64,000 bases of DNA from Fistulifera solaris (GCA_030295235.1 AP026148.1:434001-498000), one strand, 5' to 3'. Positions 1 to 12,976 are shown, numbered from the stretch's first letter. Translations and numbers: made by a program. The notes: generated from the letters alone by a model not told the origin.

Positions 1-398
1 CTACTTCCTCGATGAAAGGGTATATAAGAATCTCCATAAAGTTGCATGCGCAACAGTTCCTGTGCACCGATTACCAGAATCACAAATAAAAGTCCCGCAT
101 AGAGAGTTTCGGCAAGTTCGTAGTCTGACTCCACTAAATGAGCAAACCATTTCAGAAAAGGTCCGTTTTTCTTGCTTTTAGGATCGAAGAACGGCGTATC
201 CAAAAAAGCATCTACCTTCTTTTGGAAAGACTCACGGCCGCTATTGGTCTCGTTCTCGTCGCTGTCGGTTGCATATAAGCCCGATAGACGTCCCTCAACG
301 TCACTTTTTCGCAATGTTGTCGCAGAAGAATGAAGAAGAAACGCAGTGCATCTTGTAGAGAAGCATACAAGTGTCAGGAATACAAAATCCAATTTCAT
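1..398 (-). CDS. Plastid-targeted hypothetical membrane protein, 3' end outside the window
   Basis: Absent from the ORF track because there is no stop in the window. Manual translation from ATG 398: MKLDFVFLTLVCFSTRCTA-FLLHSSATTLRK...FQKKVDAFLDTPFFDP...WFAHLVESDYELAETLYAGLLFVILVIGAQELLRMQLYG. Signal peptide, CTA-F motif and one TM segment. Confidence 0.75.
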   Translation of the reverse strand, partial: MKLDFVFLTLVCFSTRCTAFLLHSSATTLRKSDVEGRLSGLYATDSDENETNSGRESFQKKVDAFLDTPFFDPKSKKNGPFLKWFAHLVESDYELAETLYAGLLFVILVIGAQELLRMQLYGDSYIPFHRGS

Positions 399-866
399 TT
401 TCCCCCCATTATCCAGTATGGACAACTTCTGCTTTCTCACTGTTTTGTAAAACGGGTGTTGTTTTGTTACTTTGTATTGTGGGTGCACACTCGCTATAGA
501 GTCAGTGTGGGCGGGCGGGGTAGATCGTGGGCGGGCGGGTCGAGTGATCTGGCGTCTGTCATTGTACGGAATGTTGGTCTAAAAAATTCGAAGAAGATGT
601 TCGTGTTTCAAACTACTGTGCGTACAAAGTAGGAAAGCACCATCGATGATGATTCTGAATGATCTTGCATAACCAGCAAAACGTTTCGTCTTCGTTGTTC
701 ATGAATCATGAATAATTCATGAGAGATGATGCAATGCAATGCAATGCATGTCATTCATTCGTCACATTCTAATACCTGGTATCTTGTCATCTCATTGACC
801 TTCCTACATTGTAGAGATTCTTCGCGAAGTTCAGGATAAATTGTTCTGTCCTCCCATGCAACAAGG

Positions 867-2474
867 ATGTTCATTCCGATACCTTTTCATTCGTACTTGC
901 TGAGGAAATTGTCAGAGGACGAATCTCTGGGGGGAGATTTGGATGTTTTCGATGATTTCGACTTTGCGAAACGTCAACTGGAAGCAGATTTAAGCAGCAC
1001 TCACGACGAAACTGAGGTTAGCAGTCTTGTTTGGGAAGTGGAGAGCAGAAGGGAGTCGTCGTCACTGGAAGAAGCAGAAGTATACACAAACTACCTTGAT
1101 TCGGAATCACTAGCAGAGCCTATCCACCTGCTTCCTTTTCTTTCGATTCACTTGCGTGATCGCGATCAATTCTCCTCACCTGCCACAACCCAAACTATAG
1201 ATGATGAAGTCGAAAAACATTGCAGTATTTCAACGATTAATGGCTATGAAATATGGTGGGGAGTTGAAGAAGCGACGAGTCCTTTTTGTAATCCGCCAAT
1301 AGCTCCGACAATAGACATCTTATCGGTGACGGGGTATTCTTCCGACGGTTCATCCACGGAAATAACGGATAACGTTACGCAAGGTGAAAAATCAACGTTA
1401 CAATCCCAAGAATCTGGTGTACATCGATCGCCAGCAATTCCTAGGATTATTGAATTTAAGTCCGACCAACAATCAGCTGCCGTTCATCAAGATAGCTGGT
1501 TGTTCGATCCTGTAGAAAATCTCGTTTTTGGGAAGCCTCCCTTGACATGTAATGATGATGATGCACTGGGGTTGGCATGCTCTCAACTGCAAGAGTTTCT
1601 CGCAAGCCACGTTAAGTTCCGACGATCGGAAACTACATGCGCAAGCATTTGTAAGACTTTACATCAGTATCCGCAGATCGCACAAGTGCGGTATCATGTG
1701 TCATTGGTAGACCAACAGGAAGATGAAAAGAGTTTTAACGTACCCTGCTATCCATTATCAATATTCAGTGCCACTGGTCATCTTCAAGGCGTTAAATCAT
1801 TTTATGAAGCGTTTCCAGAAGCCATTGGCTTTTTTTGACAAAGGGCTAGGAACAGCTCTGCATTATGCATGCTATTGCAGTGAAAGCGTCTCGGTCGTTC
1901 AGTTCTTACTCGATCGATTTCCCGACGCTGCAAGAATCACAAATCGCCAGTATCAATCGCCATTACACCTGGCATGTTCTGCCAGTTCGGTGCAAAATAG
2001 AATAAGGTGCTCGCAGCTTCGAATCGTTGAGCTTCTTTTGGAATATTTTCCAGCTGCAGTGCGGCTGCTTGACGAAAATGGATGCACCCCCTTTCACATG
2101 GCTTGTCAAGCTGGAGCACCTGAAAATGTTCTTGCTGCACTTGTACGTTCTAGTGCCGTAGTCATTCAAATGACTACTCGAACTCTCGAAAAACCGCTTC
2201 ACGTCGCGGCCGCTCGTAGCGAATGCAATGCCACCGTTCGATATTTGTTAAACTTGGATCCTTCGCAAGCAGCGGCAATTGATGACAGATGCAAACGCCG
2301 TTGCACAAGGCGTGCACGGCGCAGCCCATATCACCAGAAATTGTTCGCACTCTTGTCAACGCTTACCCCAATGCGTTGACTATGAGAGATGATAACATAG
2401 AGACGCCATACGATATCGCACTTCGGTTAGGACACGCATCACCAGAACTTCTCCGCGTTCTCAGCACCGAATAA
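867..2474 (+). CDS. Ankyrin-repeat protein with acidic N-terminal region (2 apparent frameshifts)
   Basis: Three overlapping ORFs (867-1838, 1723-2379, 2289-2474) join into successive ankyrin motifs: GTALHYAC, QSPLHLAC, GCTPFHMAC, EKPLHVAA, QTPLHKAC, ETPYDIA. First break is at a T7 run near 1830. Confidence 0.8.
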
Positions 2475-2624
2475 CCCGTATTGCTGGATACAGTTAAGAA
2501 GAAGGAAATAAAAACAGAGATAACGAAACGACTTGTCTACAAGCTACAAGCGGTTCCGTTCAACAATGTAACAGCCTAACAACATTACTTTTTGTTGTAC
2601 CTTCTCTTTAGTCGTAGTGTGTCC

Positions 2625-3532
2625 TCAATTCCCGCACGAAATCTCTTGATTAAAGATGACTCCCACACCTTCTACTGTGTGGAATTTCTTTGCAGAATCG
2701 AACAATACGTCGGCCAAATATTCGTTTCCAACACTTGTGCATTCGTCAAGACGGGTTCGACACTGACGGGAATATCGTCTTGCACCTTCAAGACCCCCGC
2801 CAAGGGCGTCTGATCCGTCGGTGGTGTCGTGACAAACGAATCGAGATTTTGCGAAGGCACGACCATATGCCGCAAGGGAAACCAACCGTACTTGTCATCT
2901 TGATCAAAACCGGTGTGTACGGCAAGGCGCAAATGGGGAAACCGGGGTGTCACAAAGGGTTCTCCCGTGGCAGTATCAAAGATACGAAGTTCTGGAATGA
3001 CGTTGTGGACCAAATGAACGTAGTTGACGTCATTGGTGGCTTCGGGCGTAATCAAAATATTGGCTTTGGTCAATTCCAAAGCGGCTTTCAAAGCTTGTTG
3101 GGCTTTGGAAGGGTCCTTCTTGGCGACCAAAGGATCAAGCGTATACAGCACCAAGCCTGATTTGGAGCACGCGAATTGAAGGACCATCTGTCGAGAAGAA
3201 GAAAACAAAAGACTGTGAGAGGAGATGTCTCTGTGTATGTTATTGAGACTCTATGCAAACTCAACTTGTTCGGAAAAGTGTTGCGGCATCCACGAAAGTA
3301 CGACATCACCGGCCGTGAAACCCATTTCCAAGAAACCAATGGCCAACGACTCGGAATAATATTGCACATGACGAGTCGTCCAAGTAATGTTCTTGTGTTC
3401 GTAACGAACGACATCGAGATTGGGATTCGCCGATGCGAGGGCATCGACTTGACTGCCTCCGGCCGCAGCAAATGTTCGAACTGCAACGCTTCGTCGTGCC
3501 CGTAACGCGTTCGCCGCAATCGATCGAAGCAT
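2625..3532 (-). CDS. Mitochondrion-targeted truncated AMP-binding (acyl-CoA synthetase-like) protein
   Basis: Arg-rich presequence MLRSIAANALRARRSVAVRTF. Motifs TWT..VQYYSESLAIGFLEMGFTAGDVVLSW, QFACSKSGLVLYTLDP and FPHLR resemble the N-terminal part of the ANL adenylation domain. GT-AG intron 3188-3265. Probable frameshift near 2690, so the 3' end is uncertain. Confidence 0.6.
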
Positions 3533-3866
3533 ATTGAGAGAAAAAAAAGCAATGAAGAGTAATCAATTCGACGAAATGAGAAATATTTGATGCTTTTGTT
3601 GTTGTTATTGGCAAATAGATAAGAAACCGCAACAATAAACGTCGGCACCTAACGGACGGAGGACATACTAAAGACTCAATACTGCCCTGGTTCCCGAATA
3701 TGACGTGGATCCTAAGGTTATGAGTTCATTAATTCCACCCCAACCAACTTTTTTTTTTTCTCGTTGCGGACAGATACCAGTAACGAGCACTTCGTCATTA
3801 TGGTTGTTCTGTTCTTCCTGTGAAGACAAAACACACAAAGAACTGATCTCGTTAAATATTCAGAGC

Positions 3867-5527
3867 ATGGGAAAGAAAGAGAAAAGCAAACGCCAGTCCG
3901 ATTCTTCACAGCAACCGCCAGAGGTTGTTGAAGAAACGCGAAAACGATCGGTTTCCGACGACGAAGAACAAAAACGAACAAGAAAAAGAGCAAACGGCAG
4001 TCGGATATCACTGAGACTTCCGAGCATTCGAACACCGACGAAAAACCCAATTTCTTTTCGAAGGAACTCTTTTCCGAGTTGCCATTATGTGAAAAGACAC
4101 AAAAGGCTTTGCAGGAAATGAAGATGGAACGGATGACGCAAATTCAATCACGAGCGATTCCGGCCCTATTGACCGGAAAAGATGTCATTGGGGCGGCCAA
4201 GACCGGTAGCGGGAAAACACTAGCGTTTTTGTTACCGTCTTTGGAATTGCTACATCAGGCCAAATTCTCCTCGAAAAATGGGACGGGTGTCGTCGTGATT
4301 ACGCCCACACGCGAATTGGCGATGCAGATTTACGGTGTCTTGCAAGAATTGTGCCAATACCATAGTCATACCTATGGGTTGATTATGGGTGGAGCGAACC
4401 GTAAAACGGAGGCAGAGAAATTACAGAAAGGTGTCAATTTGGTTGTCTGCACACCGGGTCGACTTTTAGATCACTTGCAGAATACAAAAGGCTTCAATTA
4501 TCGAAACTTGTTGGCGTTAGTCATGGATGAAGCCGATCGAATTTTGGAACAAGGATTTGAGGATGATTTGCGAGCCATCTTGAAGCTACTGCCCAAGGAA
4601 CGACAAACGATGTTGTTCTCGGCGACCCAAACCAAGAAAGTAGAGGATTTGGCGCGTTTGTCCGTGAATTTTGAAAATTCCATCTTTGTGGATGTCCCCA
4701 ATGAAACGAAACTGGCGACTGCGGCGGGTTTGGAACAAGGATTTGTCACCTGCCCGTCGGATCAACGATTTCTGTTGCTTTTAACCTTTCTCAAAAAGAA
4801 CAAGAAAAAGAAGATTATGGTTTTCTTCTCGTCCTGTAACTCTGTCAAGTTCCACGGAGAGCTCCTCAACTATATAGATGTACCCGTCATGGATATCCAT
4901 GGTCGACAAAAGCAAGTCAAGCGCACAACAACCTTTTTTCAATTCTGTAAGGCCAAGACGGGCACGTTGTTGTGCACCGATGTCGCAGCCCGTGGCTTAG
5001 ATATTCCCGAGGTAGACTGGATCATTCAATTTGATCCGCCGGATGATCCGAAAGAGTACATTCACCGCGTTGGTCGAACGGCTCGAGGAGCCACCGGCTC
5101 GGGACGAGCCTTATTGTTTTTGACTCCTGAAGAAACTGGATTTCTCAAGTACTTGCAAGCGGCCAAGGTGTCCCTGAATGAATACGAGTTGCCCAAAACA
5201 GCCAACGTTCAATCACAATTACAGCGTCTGATTGAAACCAACTATTATTTGAATCGGGCCGCACGTGATGCTTACCGCAGCTATTTGCTAGCGTATGCGA
5301 GTCACTCACACCGCGATATCTTCAACGTGCACGCATTGGACTTGCAGGCTGTGGGAGCCGCCTTTGGTTTCACGACACCACCGCGGGTGGATGTGGCTTT
5401 TGGGAAAGAATCGAAACGTAAAAAAAGTGGTCAGTGGAAAAAGGCAACGGGTACGGGACACGCTTTCTCCGCTTCCAATCCGTACGGAAAACGGAGCAAG
5501 GATGATAAGCGGCAATTCTCTCATTAA
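3867..5527 (+). CDS. HAS1: DEAD-box RNA helicase HAS1/DDX18
   Basis: [56 protein letters not shown], and C-terminal [30 protein letters not shown]-terminus from ATG 3867 is frameshifted between about 3990 and 4080. Confidence 0.95.
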
Positions 5528-5711
5528 TCCGACGCAAAAGAATAGTACTCTGTATTAATGTAGCGATGTCGTAATGTCTTTCTGGTTGTATACTTGGATC
5601 AAACTTCCTACGTAGTACATTTTTACGAAAAGATCGAACAGTACAGACGTAGTTTACTTGAATTAATTCTACATAGAAACACTTGTTCACCTTCAGTGTT
5701 CTCCCATGGTG

Positions 5712-6545
5712 TTACGCACCATGCCATTTCGCACGAACGTTGCGAATCATTCTCGTCACAAAGGAAGTAATAATTCCGGGACGACGACGACGACGACGAC
5801 GAGGAGGCACCGGACGCGTGTGATAGACGGATGTGATCACAACTGCTGGCGGATCCTTTTCCACGACCGGTTCCACTTGACGCTCCAATTGATCCGCCAT
5901 GTCGCGAATGATGCTCACCAGTTGTTGCGTCCAGCGAATCTTGACTTCTTGGGCTTGTGGACGAATTGCTTCCATCGCGGCTTGGACCAACTGAAAGACG
6001 TAGGTTCCTGTACGAAAAGCATTCTGTTCAATCATGGTCTCCAAACGCTCCATTTCATCAAAGACAGCTCGTTCCATCGTTTCGGGGGATTGCCATTGTT
6101 GCGAAAGTTGCGGAAGTGACCATTTCGAGAGAGGTTCTACCACAGTAGTTTTCCAAAATTGCAACGAACGTTCTCCCGTCGTTTGTGCACTTTGTTCAAT
6201 TTGCAATTCCAGATGCTGCATAGCCGAAAAGACTGTTTGTTCCCATTCATCAGGACGGCTTGGGCTATTCGTCTTGATAGATGAAGGAAGAATCATCATC
6301 TCCTTCGGAACCTCTTGTAACGACAGTTCACTTAATTCTATTTTGGCTTGCTTCAACATAGCCATTGCCGACACCATACCGTCTTCCTCCTTACGAAATC
6401 GACGAGGAATCCAGCCGAATGATCGCAGTTCGTGATCCAAAGCTGCAGAAGAATGAAGACCGGTCTTAGACACAACGCGTTGCATCTGCGGAAGCAAGCC
6501 CTCCGCGACGATGAAAAAGAAAGAAAAGCTCAAAGCAAATTTCAT
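5712..6545 (-). CDS. Hypothetical protein with signal peptide/bipartite presequence
   Basis: 277-aa ORF beginning MKFALSFSFFFIVAEG-LLPQ; helical body and basic C-terminus with poly-Arg. Confidence 0.65.
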   Translation of the reverse strand: MKFALSFSFFFIVAEGLLPQMQRVVSKTGLHSSAALDHELRSFGWIPRRFRKEEDGMVSAMAMLKQAKIELSELSLQEVPKEMMILPSSIKTNSPSRPDEWEQTVFSAMQHLELQIEQSAQTTGERSLQFWKTTVVEPLSKWSLPQLSQQWQSPETMERAVFDEMERLETMIEQNAFRTGTYVFQLVQAAMEAIRPQAQEVKIRWTQQLVSIIRDMADQLERQVEPVVEKDPPAVVITSVYHTRPVPPRRRRRRRPGIITSFVTRMIRNVRAKWHGA

Positions 6546-6891
6546 TTTCGAATAGTCAATAGAATCAAGAAAAGGATAAAGAGCTTTTCACCCTTATTAT
6601 GAAAGAGGAATGTGAGGGGAATAAATGTTAGGAAACGAACGCTAAAAGCTATGCGCCGTTTGCCGAAGAGTTCGGTGGGTGGAGGACGAGCACGCGAGCG
6701 CCGCATGGCACGTATAGTAGTTATCTATTAATTTATTTAGATCAGTGGTCTAAGCGAAAAAAATCATGTAAAATTCCGTTGGAGTATGGGACCTCGAAAG
6801 GAAGACACGTTTCCCGTTGAAGCTAAATCCATACAAAAACTGTACACGTGTAAAAATGCTTCATTCAAAAATTCCAGGTGATCCGTTGTAT

Positions 6892-6983
6892 GTACCTGGG
6901 AAGGACGTTAAAATTCTGCCTCCAGTACAAGATTCTACGTAGCGTCCACGACGAGGCAGAATTTTAACGCCGTTTCCAGGTAC
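6892..6983. repeat. ~92-bp inverted-repeat (hairpin) element, copy 1; MITE-like
   Basis: Arms 6892-6922 (GTACCTGGGAAGGACGTTAAAATTCTGCCTC) and 6953-6983 (GAGGCAGAATTTTAACGCCGTTTCCAGGTAC) pair at 28/31 positions around a 30-nt loop. Second copy at 55699-55784. Confidence 0.9.
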
Positions 6984-7092
6984 TACCTGGTACCGTCACT
7001 CTCTAGTCCCAGTCTAGCATCCATTCTAGTTCTAGATTCTAATAAAGTTCCATGTCCATTTATTTCCTTCCTTTATCTATTCAATCATTCAT

Positions 7093-9479
7093 TCAATAGC
7101 CTACAGTATGGAGGCATTCCATAAAGACATTGACGTCCACCCGCGCTTTCGGATTGCCCTGTTTGGCCATTTCCGCCACCATCAACAGTTGCTTGATACC
7201 AATCGGTTTCGCAATAGCCTTGGCGATGCTTTTCGATTCCTTTTCACCCATATGTGCCGCGACACGTAAGACTTCCATAATTTGGCTAGGTTGATCCAAC
7301 AGCGGAACACTCTGTTGAATGCCAAAGGCCGACGTCAAGCCTAAATCTTCCAACAGGTGCGGGACCGAAGTAGTACCAATGACAAGCAAACGACGTCCGT
7401 CATCGGGAGGAACTTTCTTCAACAACACCAGCAGGGTTTGCAACACGGTGTTACTGAAACGCGGTCCAATCGGGACATATTCGATCAATCGCTCAATGTC
7501 GTCCAAAAAGATAATCGACAAGGATGACTTGTACGAATCCATGAAAGCTTTGTGAATCATTTGCGATTTCGATGTTTCGGAATAACCAATCATTTCGTCC
7601 GCCGACACCATGCGGACAAAGGGGAAACCCGAATCGACGGCGATTTTGGCCGCAATGGCGGTCTTGCCCGTATTCGCATGACCGGCCAGCAATACGGTCA
7701 TGAGGGGTGTCTTGGAGGATGTGCGCACTTGATTGACGAGACGTTCCAACGTGCCCATGAACAAATCGAACGAGTCACCGTACGGAACAAAGCCGTTGCG
7801 ATAGCAGGCCTTGAGTTCTTGGGACTTGGCACCAAATTTGGGTTCCACATCTCCCAAGGCGCGTTCAAAGTCTTCGTACTGCAAAATTAACTTTTTCGTG
7901 TCGGGTGCCTTTTTCAAATCCTTCACATCGACACAACGAGTGAGTGCGTACGACGACGCTGCCTTGACCAGACCTTCAATTTCGGCACCGGAAAAGTTCT
8001 TGCACTTCTCGGCAATTTCCGGGAGTCGATCCAAGACTTCGGGCGTAATGCGCTTGGCTTCTCGCATGTTGCGCGTGTGAATGCCGAGAATTTGCAAACG
8101 TCCCTGCAAATCGGGCAAGCCAATTTCCACGTGGACTTCCAAACGACCCGGTCGGAGCAAGGCATCATCAATCATATCTTTTCGGTTGGTCATACCAATC
8201 AACAAAATGTTGTTGAGGGAATCGACACCATCAATTTTGGACAGCAACTGATTCACAACGGAATCGGAGACACCGGTTCCATCTTTGACTGTACCACGTT
8301 GCTTGCAAATAGCATCCATTTCATCCATAATGATAATATGCAACATACTTTGGTCTCCCATTTCGTTCTGTTCTTTTTCTGCTTCCACAAAGAGTTCTCT
8401 GATTTTCTCTTCACTGCCACCTACAAATTTGTTAAGGACTTCGGGACCGTTCACTGCACGAAAGACAAAGTAAGCATGGAATGGAATGGAATGAATGCAT
8501 GATTGTGTAAGTTGAATGTCAACGAGCAACACTGAATCCATCATTTCCACTTACCAATTTTTGGTTCACGCGCATTGAGTGCTTTCCCAATTTGTCGCGC
8601 AATCAATGTTTTCCCACATCCCGGTGGTCCATAGAGCAACATTCCTCGGACATGATTGATTCCCATTTGTTTGATGATATGAGCGGGCCAGATCCGACTC
8701 GCAAAGGCCCGTCGAAAGATTTGATTGAATTCGGCATCGAGTCCTCCGATGCCCAATTTTTCGAAATCAAAATCATTGACAAAGATCGAATTGGCTCCAC
8801 CACCACCACCAGCACCTTCGACAATGAATTCGCCCGTCAACACAAAAGCGGTGGTGCCTTCGGCTCGTTTGAATCGAATTTGTGTCGATGACACCAATTG
8901 TCCCATATTCGTATCCAAAGTGGGAATTTCTCCCGTATTTTCTTTACTTTTCCGCCGTTGTTGCGGATCAATGGCGGCCAATTTGTGGACAGTAATTTCC
9001 AATTTCGTACCTTCAAAATCAATGGCCATGGACTGTCCAGTCGCGAGCACTTGTTCTTCGAGGACTAACAAGACGGTTTGCGCCAATCGTTCGGTATCCA
9101 AATCGTGTGGACGCGATCCTTTGGCGGCCGCCGCTTTGCTCAAGGTATCCACCGTCATTTCCAACAAGGCCAACGATGCAACTGGTCGAGGGAGTGGCGT
9201 TAATGTGACGGCCGCTGCTAATGATAATTTGGCAAAGCGTCGTTGTAAGCCATTGAGGGCGACTTGTTCGTCTGTAATACCCGAATTGGCTTCGACAGCG
9301 TACGGATGATGTCCATTGAGAATAATCAAATGAGCCGTCCCTCCGCAAACAGGTTCCACTTGATGCTGTGCAAAGAACTGTATCATCTGTGTCATATTAT
9401 TGGGACTGATATAAATTTTGTTCGTCAAGGCCAACCGGTTGGATGGTAAATTGGCGACTTGGAGTTTTAATTTGAACAT
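7093..9479 (-). CDS. NSF: Vesicle-fusing ATPase NSF/Sec18
   Basis: LALTNKIY N-domain; [44 protein letters not shown] after removing GT-AG intron 8454-8554; [20 protein letters not shown]2 domain with PIGPRFSN. Confidence 0.97.
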
Positions 9480-10126
9480 TTGTTTTTTTTTGGCTTTTTC
9501 AAGGAATGCGTACCTGGTACTTTGAAGAGTGAATAGTAGTTGAGACGTCAAAAGGGGTTTCAAGAGAGAGTCCTGCAAATGAGAGGGGTGTTATTATTTA
9601 TTACCAGTATCTATCGTTGCTATCGTTGCTATTGTTGCTATTTATTAATCGTTAATCGATGTACTGTAGACTCAATCACACCGCAACGGATCACCTAAAA
9701 ATAAATCAAATATTCAAACACACGACGAGAGGACGAAACCAAGGACCTATAATAGGACGAAACAGGAAAAACGGACGTAAAATACGTACTCCGTAGTAAA
9801 TAAATGGAAGTCGCACGAGCGGCACGAGAATGACCCCTTGATGACCGACACTCCGTTACTGGTACTACGGAGTAGTAGACTTTACATACACTCATCAGCC
9901 TCTCTTCAACGCACACAAGGTACAACATCGGACGACGGTGGGACGTAGTCAGTCCCGAACGCGACACGCGACTGTTCTGAGTGACGGAGTAGCTGACAGA
10001 CGGACGCGCCATCGTTCTTTCAGCTTTTCGCATCTCGCGCAACCCCCCCACAAAAAACCGCATTATTGGCCCATTCTTCTTCTTTTTTTTTTTATTACGG
10101 AGTATTATTCTTATGGATCAGGAATC

Positions 10127-12976
10127 ATGACAGTCACAACACCTCTTACCGGAGGACGTCCTCGATCGTCTTCCGTTGGAACCGATTCTTCATTCAAAAT
10201 ATCTCCTTCCTATTCTCCTTTGCGACCCGAACAACAACAACAACAACAACAACAACAACTGCCTCATCATCATCATCATCACTCGTATGGAGCCACGACA
10301 GCGCCGTTATTGCCACTGCATCCATTACAGGAAGATACGGTACAACAACAACAACAACAACAACAACAAGTACTACCAACATGCTATCGCATTTTGCAAT
10401 ATTTCGTATACGCAACCATCAATGTGGTAATTGGTGTACCGGGATTGTACGGATACGCTTCCGTCATCTTTCATCATCCCATCTTTCAACCGCACATGAA
10501 TGCATTGAGTAAATTGGTACTATTGAGTAGCTTCTTGCATCAATTGGCGTTTACTCTGTGCAGCAGTTTACCCTTTGCTATTGGCATGGTTCAAGATGCC
10601 GGTTTGATCTTTTGAGTTCCATGAGTACGTCCGTGGCGGAACAATTGACCGAGTATTATGCGGCGCAACAAGATCATCACGTCAAAGAACGTGCCATTCT
10701 CAGTACGACCATTGTACTGTTATCGGGAGGTACCGCGTGTTTGGGAGTGGTCCTCGTCGTTATGGGAAAATTCAAACTGGCCAATGCCGTCGCCTATTTG
10801 CCGATGCCCGTCGTTGGAGGATATTTAGCCTTCATTGGTTATTTTTGTTTTCAAGCCGGTGTCGCCCTCTGTATCAGTCAACCCATGACGCGTGTCGAAG
10901 ATTGGGTCTTGTTGGTGCAATGGCCGTTCCTCAAATTGGCGTTACCGGGATTGGCCGCAGCTGCGGTCTTTACGTGGATTGCGCGACATCCGAAGTATGA
11001 TGCGTGGTTGCCCCTGGCCATGATGACCGTTCCGGCTGCCTTTTATATTGTTGTGTGTGGCATTACGCGAGTTGGTTTAGACGGTGCTCGAGAACAAGGG
11101 TGGGTCGGACCCGAATCACCCAGTGTGCCGGTATCGGAACTCTTTCATTTGGTCGATTGGTCGTTAGTGCATTGGTCTTGTGTCGCGGATCTCTTGTTGA
11201 CTTGGGTGGGAATGGTATTTGTGGTCTCCCTTTGCGTCGTGTCTCGATGTTGCGGCCATTGCGATGGATATGGGAGAAGCACTGGATACGAACAAGGAAT
11301 TGGTCACCGTCGGGATAGGGAATGTATTGTCGGGACTTGGATTTGGGTTCACGGGGTCGTACATTTTCTCGCAAACGATTTTCACGTATCGCACCAATGT
11401 ACATTCCCGCTGGATCGGTGTACTCGTTATGGTGGCCTATTTGTACATTGTCACATCACCCGTCAATCTTTTGCAAGTGTGTCCCCTATTCTTCTTGGGT
11501 TCGACGTTGATTTTTATTGGGTATGATTTGCTGTACGAATGGCTTTTACTGATTCGACACAAGATTTTCCGCTCGGAGTATTTGATTGTATGGGCCACTT
11601 TCTTGGCCATTCAAGTTGTGGGAATGGATGCGGGGATTGTATTGGGTATTTTGGTGAGTTTGGTCGATCATGTTGTGACTTCGGCCAAGTTGGTGCAAGT
11701 GACTCGTGTTTCCAAGAAATCACGTGCCGTGTGGTCGCCCCTCGAATCCAAAATATTGAATGAGCAAGCCTATCATTCCCAATCACCAAAAGTGATCGTT
11801 CTTGAAATTAGTGGCACTGTTTTCTTTGGAAGTTCCTTGCAGTTATTCCAACGAATGTTGGAAGAAACTCAATTGAGTTTTGAGAGTGATGATGCGCATC
11901 ACCATCCGTTTCACCAACCCGGATGGCAATCACCGCATACCAATTCGACTGCCTTGACACAAATTCGATCCCCCAAATCACCCAACGGACACCACAATGG
12001 CGCTCCACCATCACAGCATCGAGTCCTGTTTCGTCCTCCGCAATTCATTGTCTTGGATTTGACCCAATTGTCCGAACTGGATGCGTCGGCGTGTCGTGGT
12101 TGCTTTTTGCAGTTTGTGAGTATCTGCTCCAAACACAACGTGTTAGTGTGTGCGGCCGGACCGTCCCAACGTACGGATTGGATGTTGCGCAGTCACAATG
12201 TATGTTATTCGACCTTCCAAGAAGAAGAAAAGCTGAAAGCGCAATGTTTGCAATCCCACTATGCCACTACACCGCTCAATACGAAAATTGACAAGATGCT
12301 CGTCTTTGTCACAACGTTGGAAGCACTGGAATTTTGTGAAACGACTTTGTTACAACGGGCACACCGCACGACGGTCCTATCTCCACTGCAACGACGTATA
12401 CAACAAGGACAAAGTTTGACGGTGGCGTCGATTTTTCAACTCTTGTTAGATGCAACGGAGGAAGAAGAGGAATTGTTGAAACTGTTGGAAAGTGGTCGCT
12501 ATCATGATGAAATTTCCTTCCAAGCGGGTGATGTCGTGTTTGCAAAAGACACTCACGCCGATGCCTTTTATGTGGTTCTTCAAGGAAGTGTGGCGATTGT
12601 GTCCTCGTCCAGCACCCATCGTCGAAAATCCTTTCGACAACCCTTTCCGGGGACGAATGCTGGTGCTTTGATAACACCGACATTGCCCACCACCACGACG
12701 ACGACGACGACCCGCCTGGACCCGGACTTAGCGGCTCACGCAACGAGTGTGTGGCCGACCGGAGGCGTCTTTGGATTTGTTGATTTTTGGTTGCAACGCC
12801 CTCGGGTCTTTCAAGTGGTGTGTTGCACGCAATCTCCTACTATATGCGCCAAAATGACGCATTCCCATTGGAATTTGTTGCAACAAGAGAATGAAGCACT
12901 CGCGGCTTTGGTGCAGCGCGTTTTGTTGCATGCGAGCGTCGCAGATTTGGCGAATTGTACGTGCAGTGAAACATAA
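10127..12976 (+). CDS. SulP/SLC26 transporter with STAS and cyclic-nucleotide-binding-like domains (2 apparent frameshifts)
   Basis: SSLPFAIGMVQDAGLIF, YLPMPVVGGYLAFIG, GFTGSYIFSQT; STAS (LEISGTVFFGSS, VLDLT...DASA); cNMP-like FQAGDVVF....HADAFYVVLQGSV and GGVFGFVDF. Poly-Q/poly-H N-terminus. Indels at about 10612 (T run) and 11230 (C run). Confidence 0.9.

Noticed and set aside
10231..10370. (CAA)n and (CAT)n microsatellites
   Set aside because: They encode poly-Q and poly-H in the SulP N-terminus; ordinary for such genomes.
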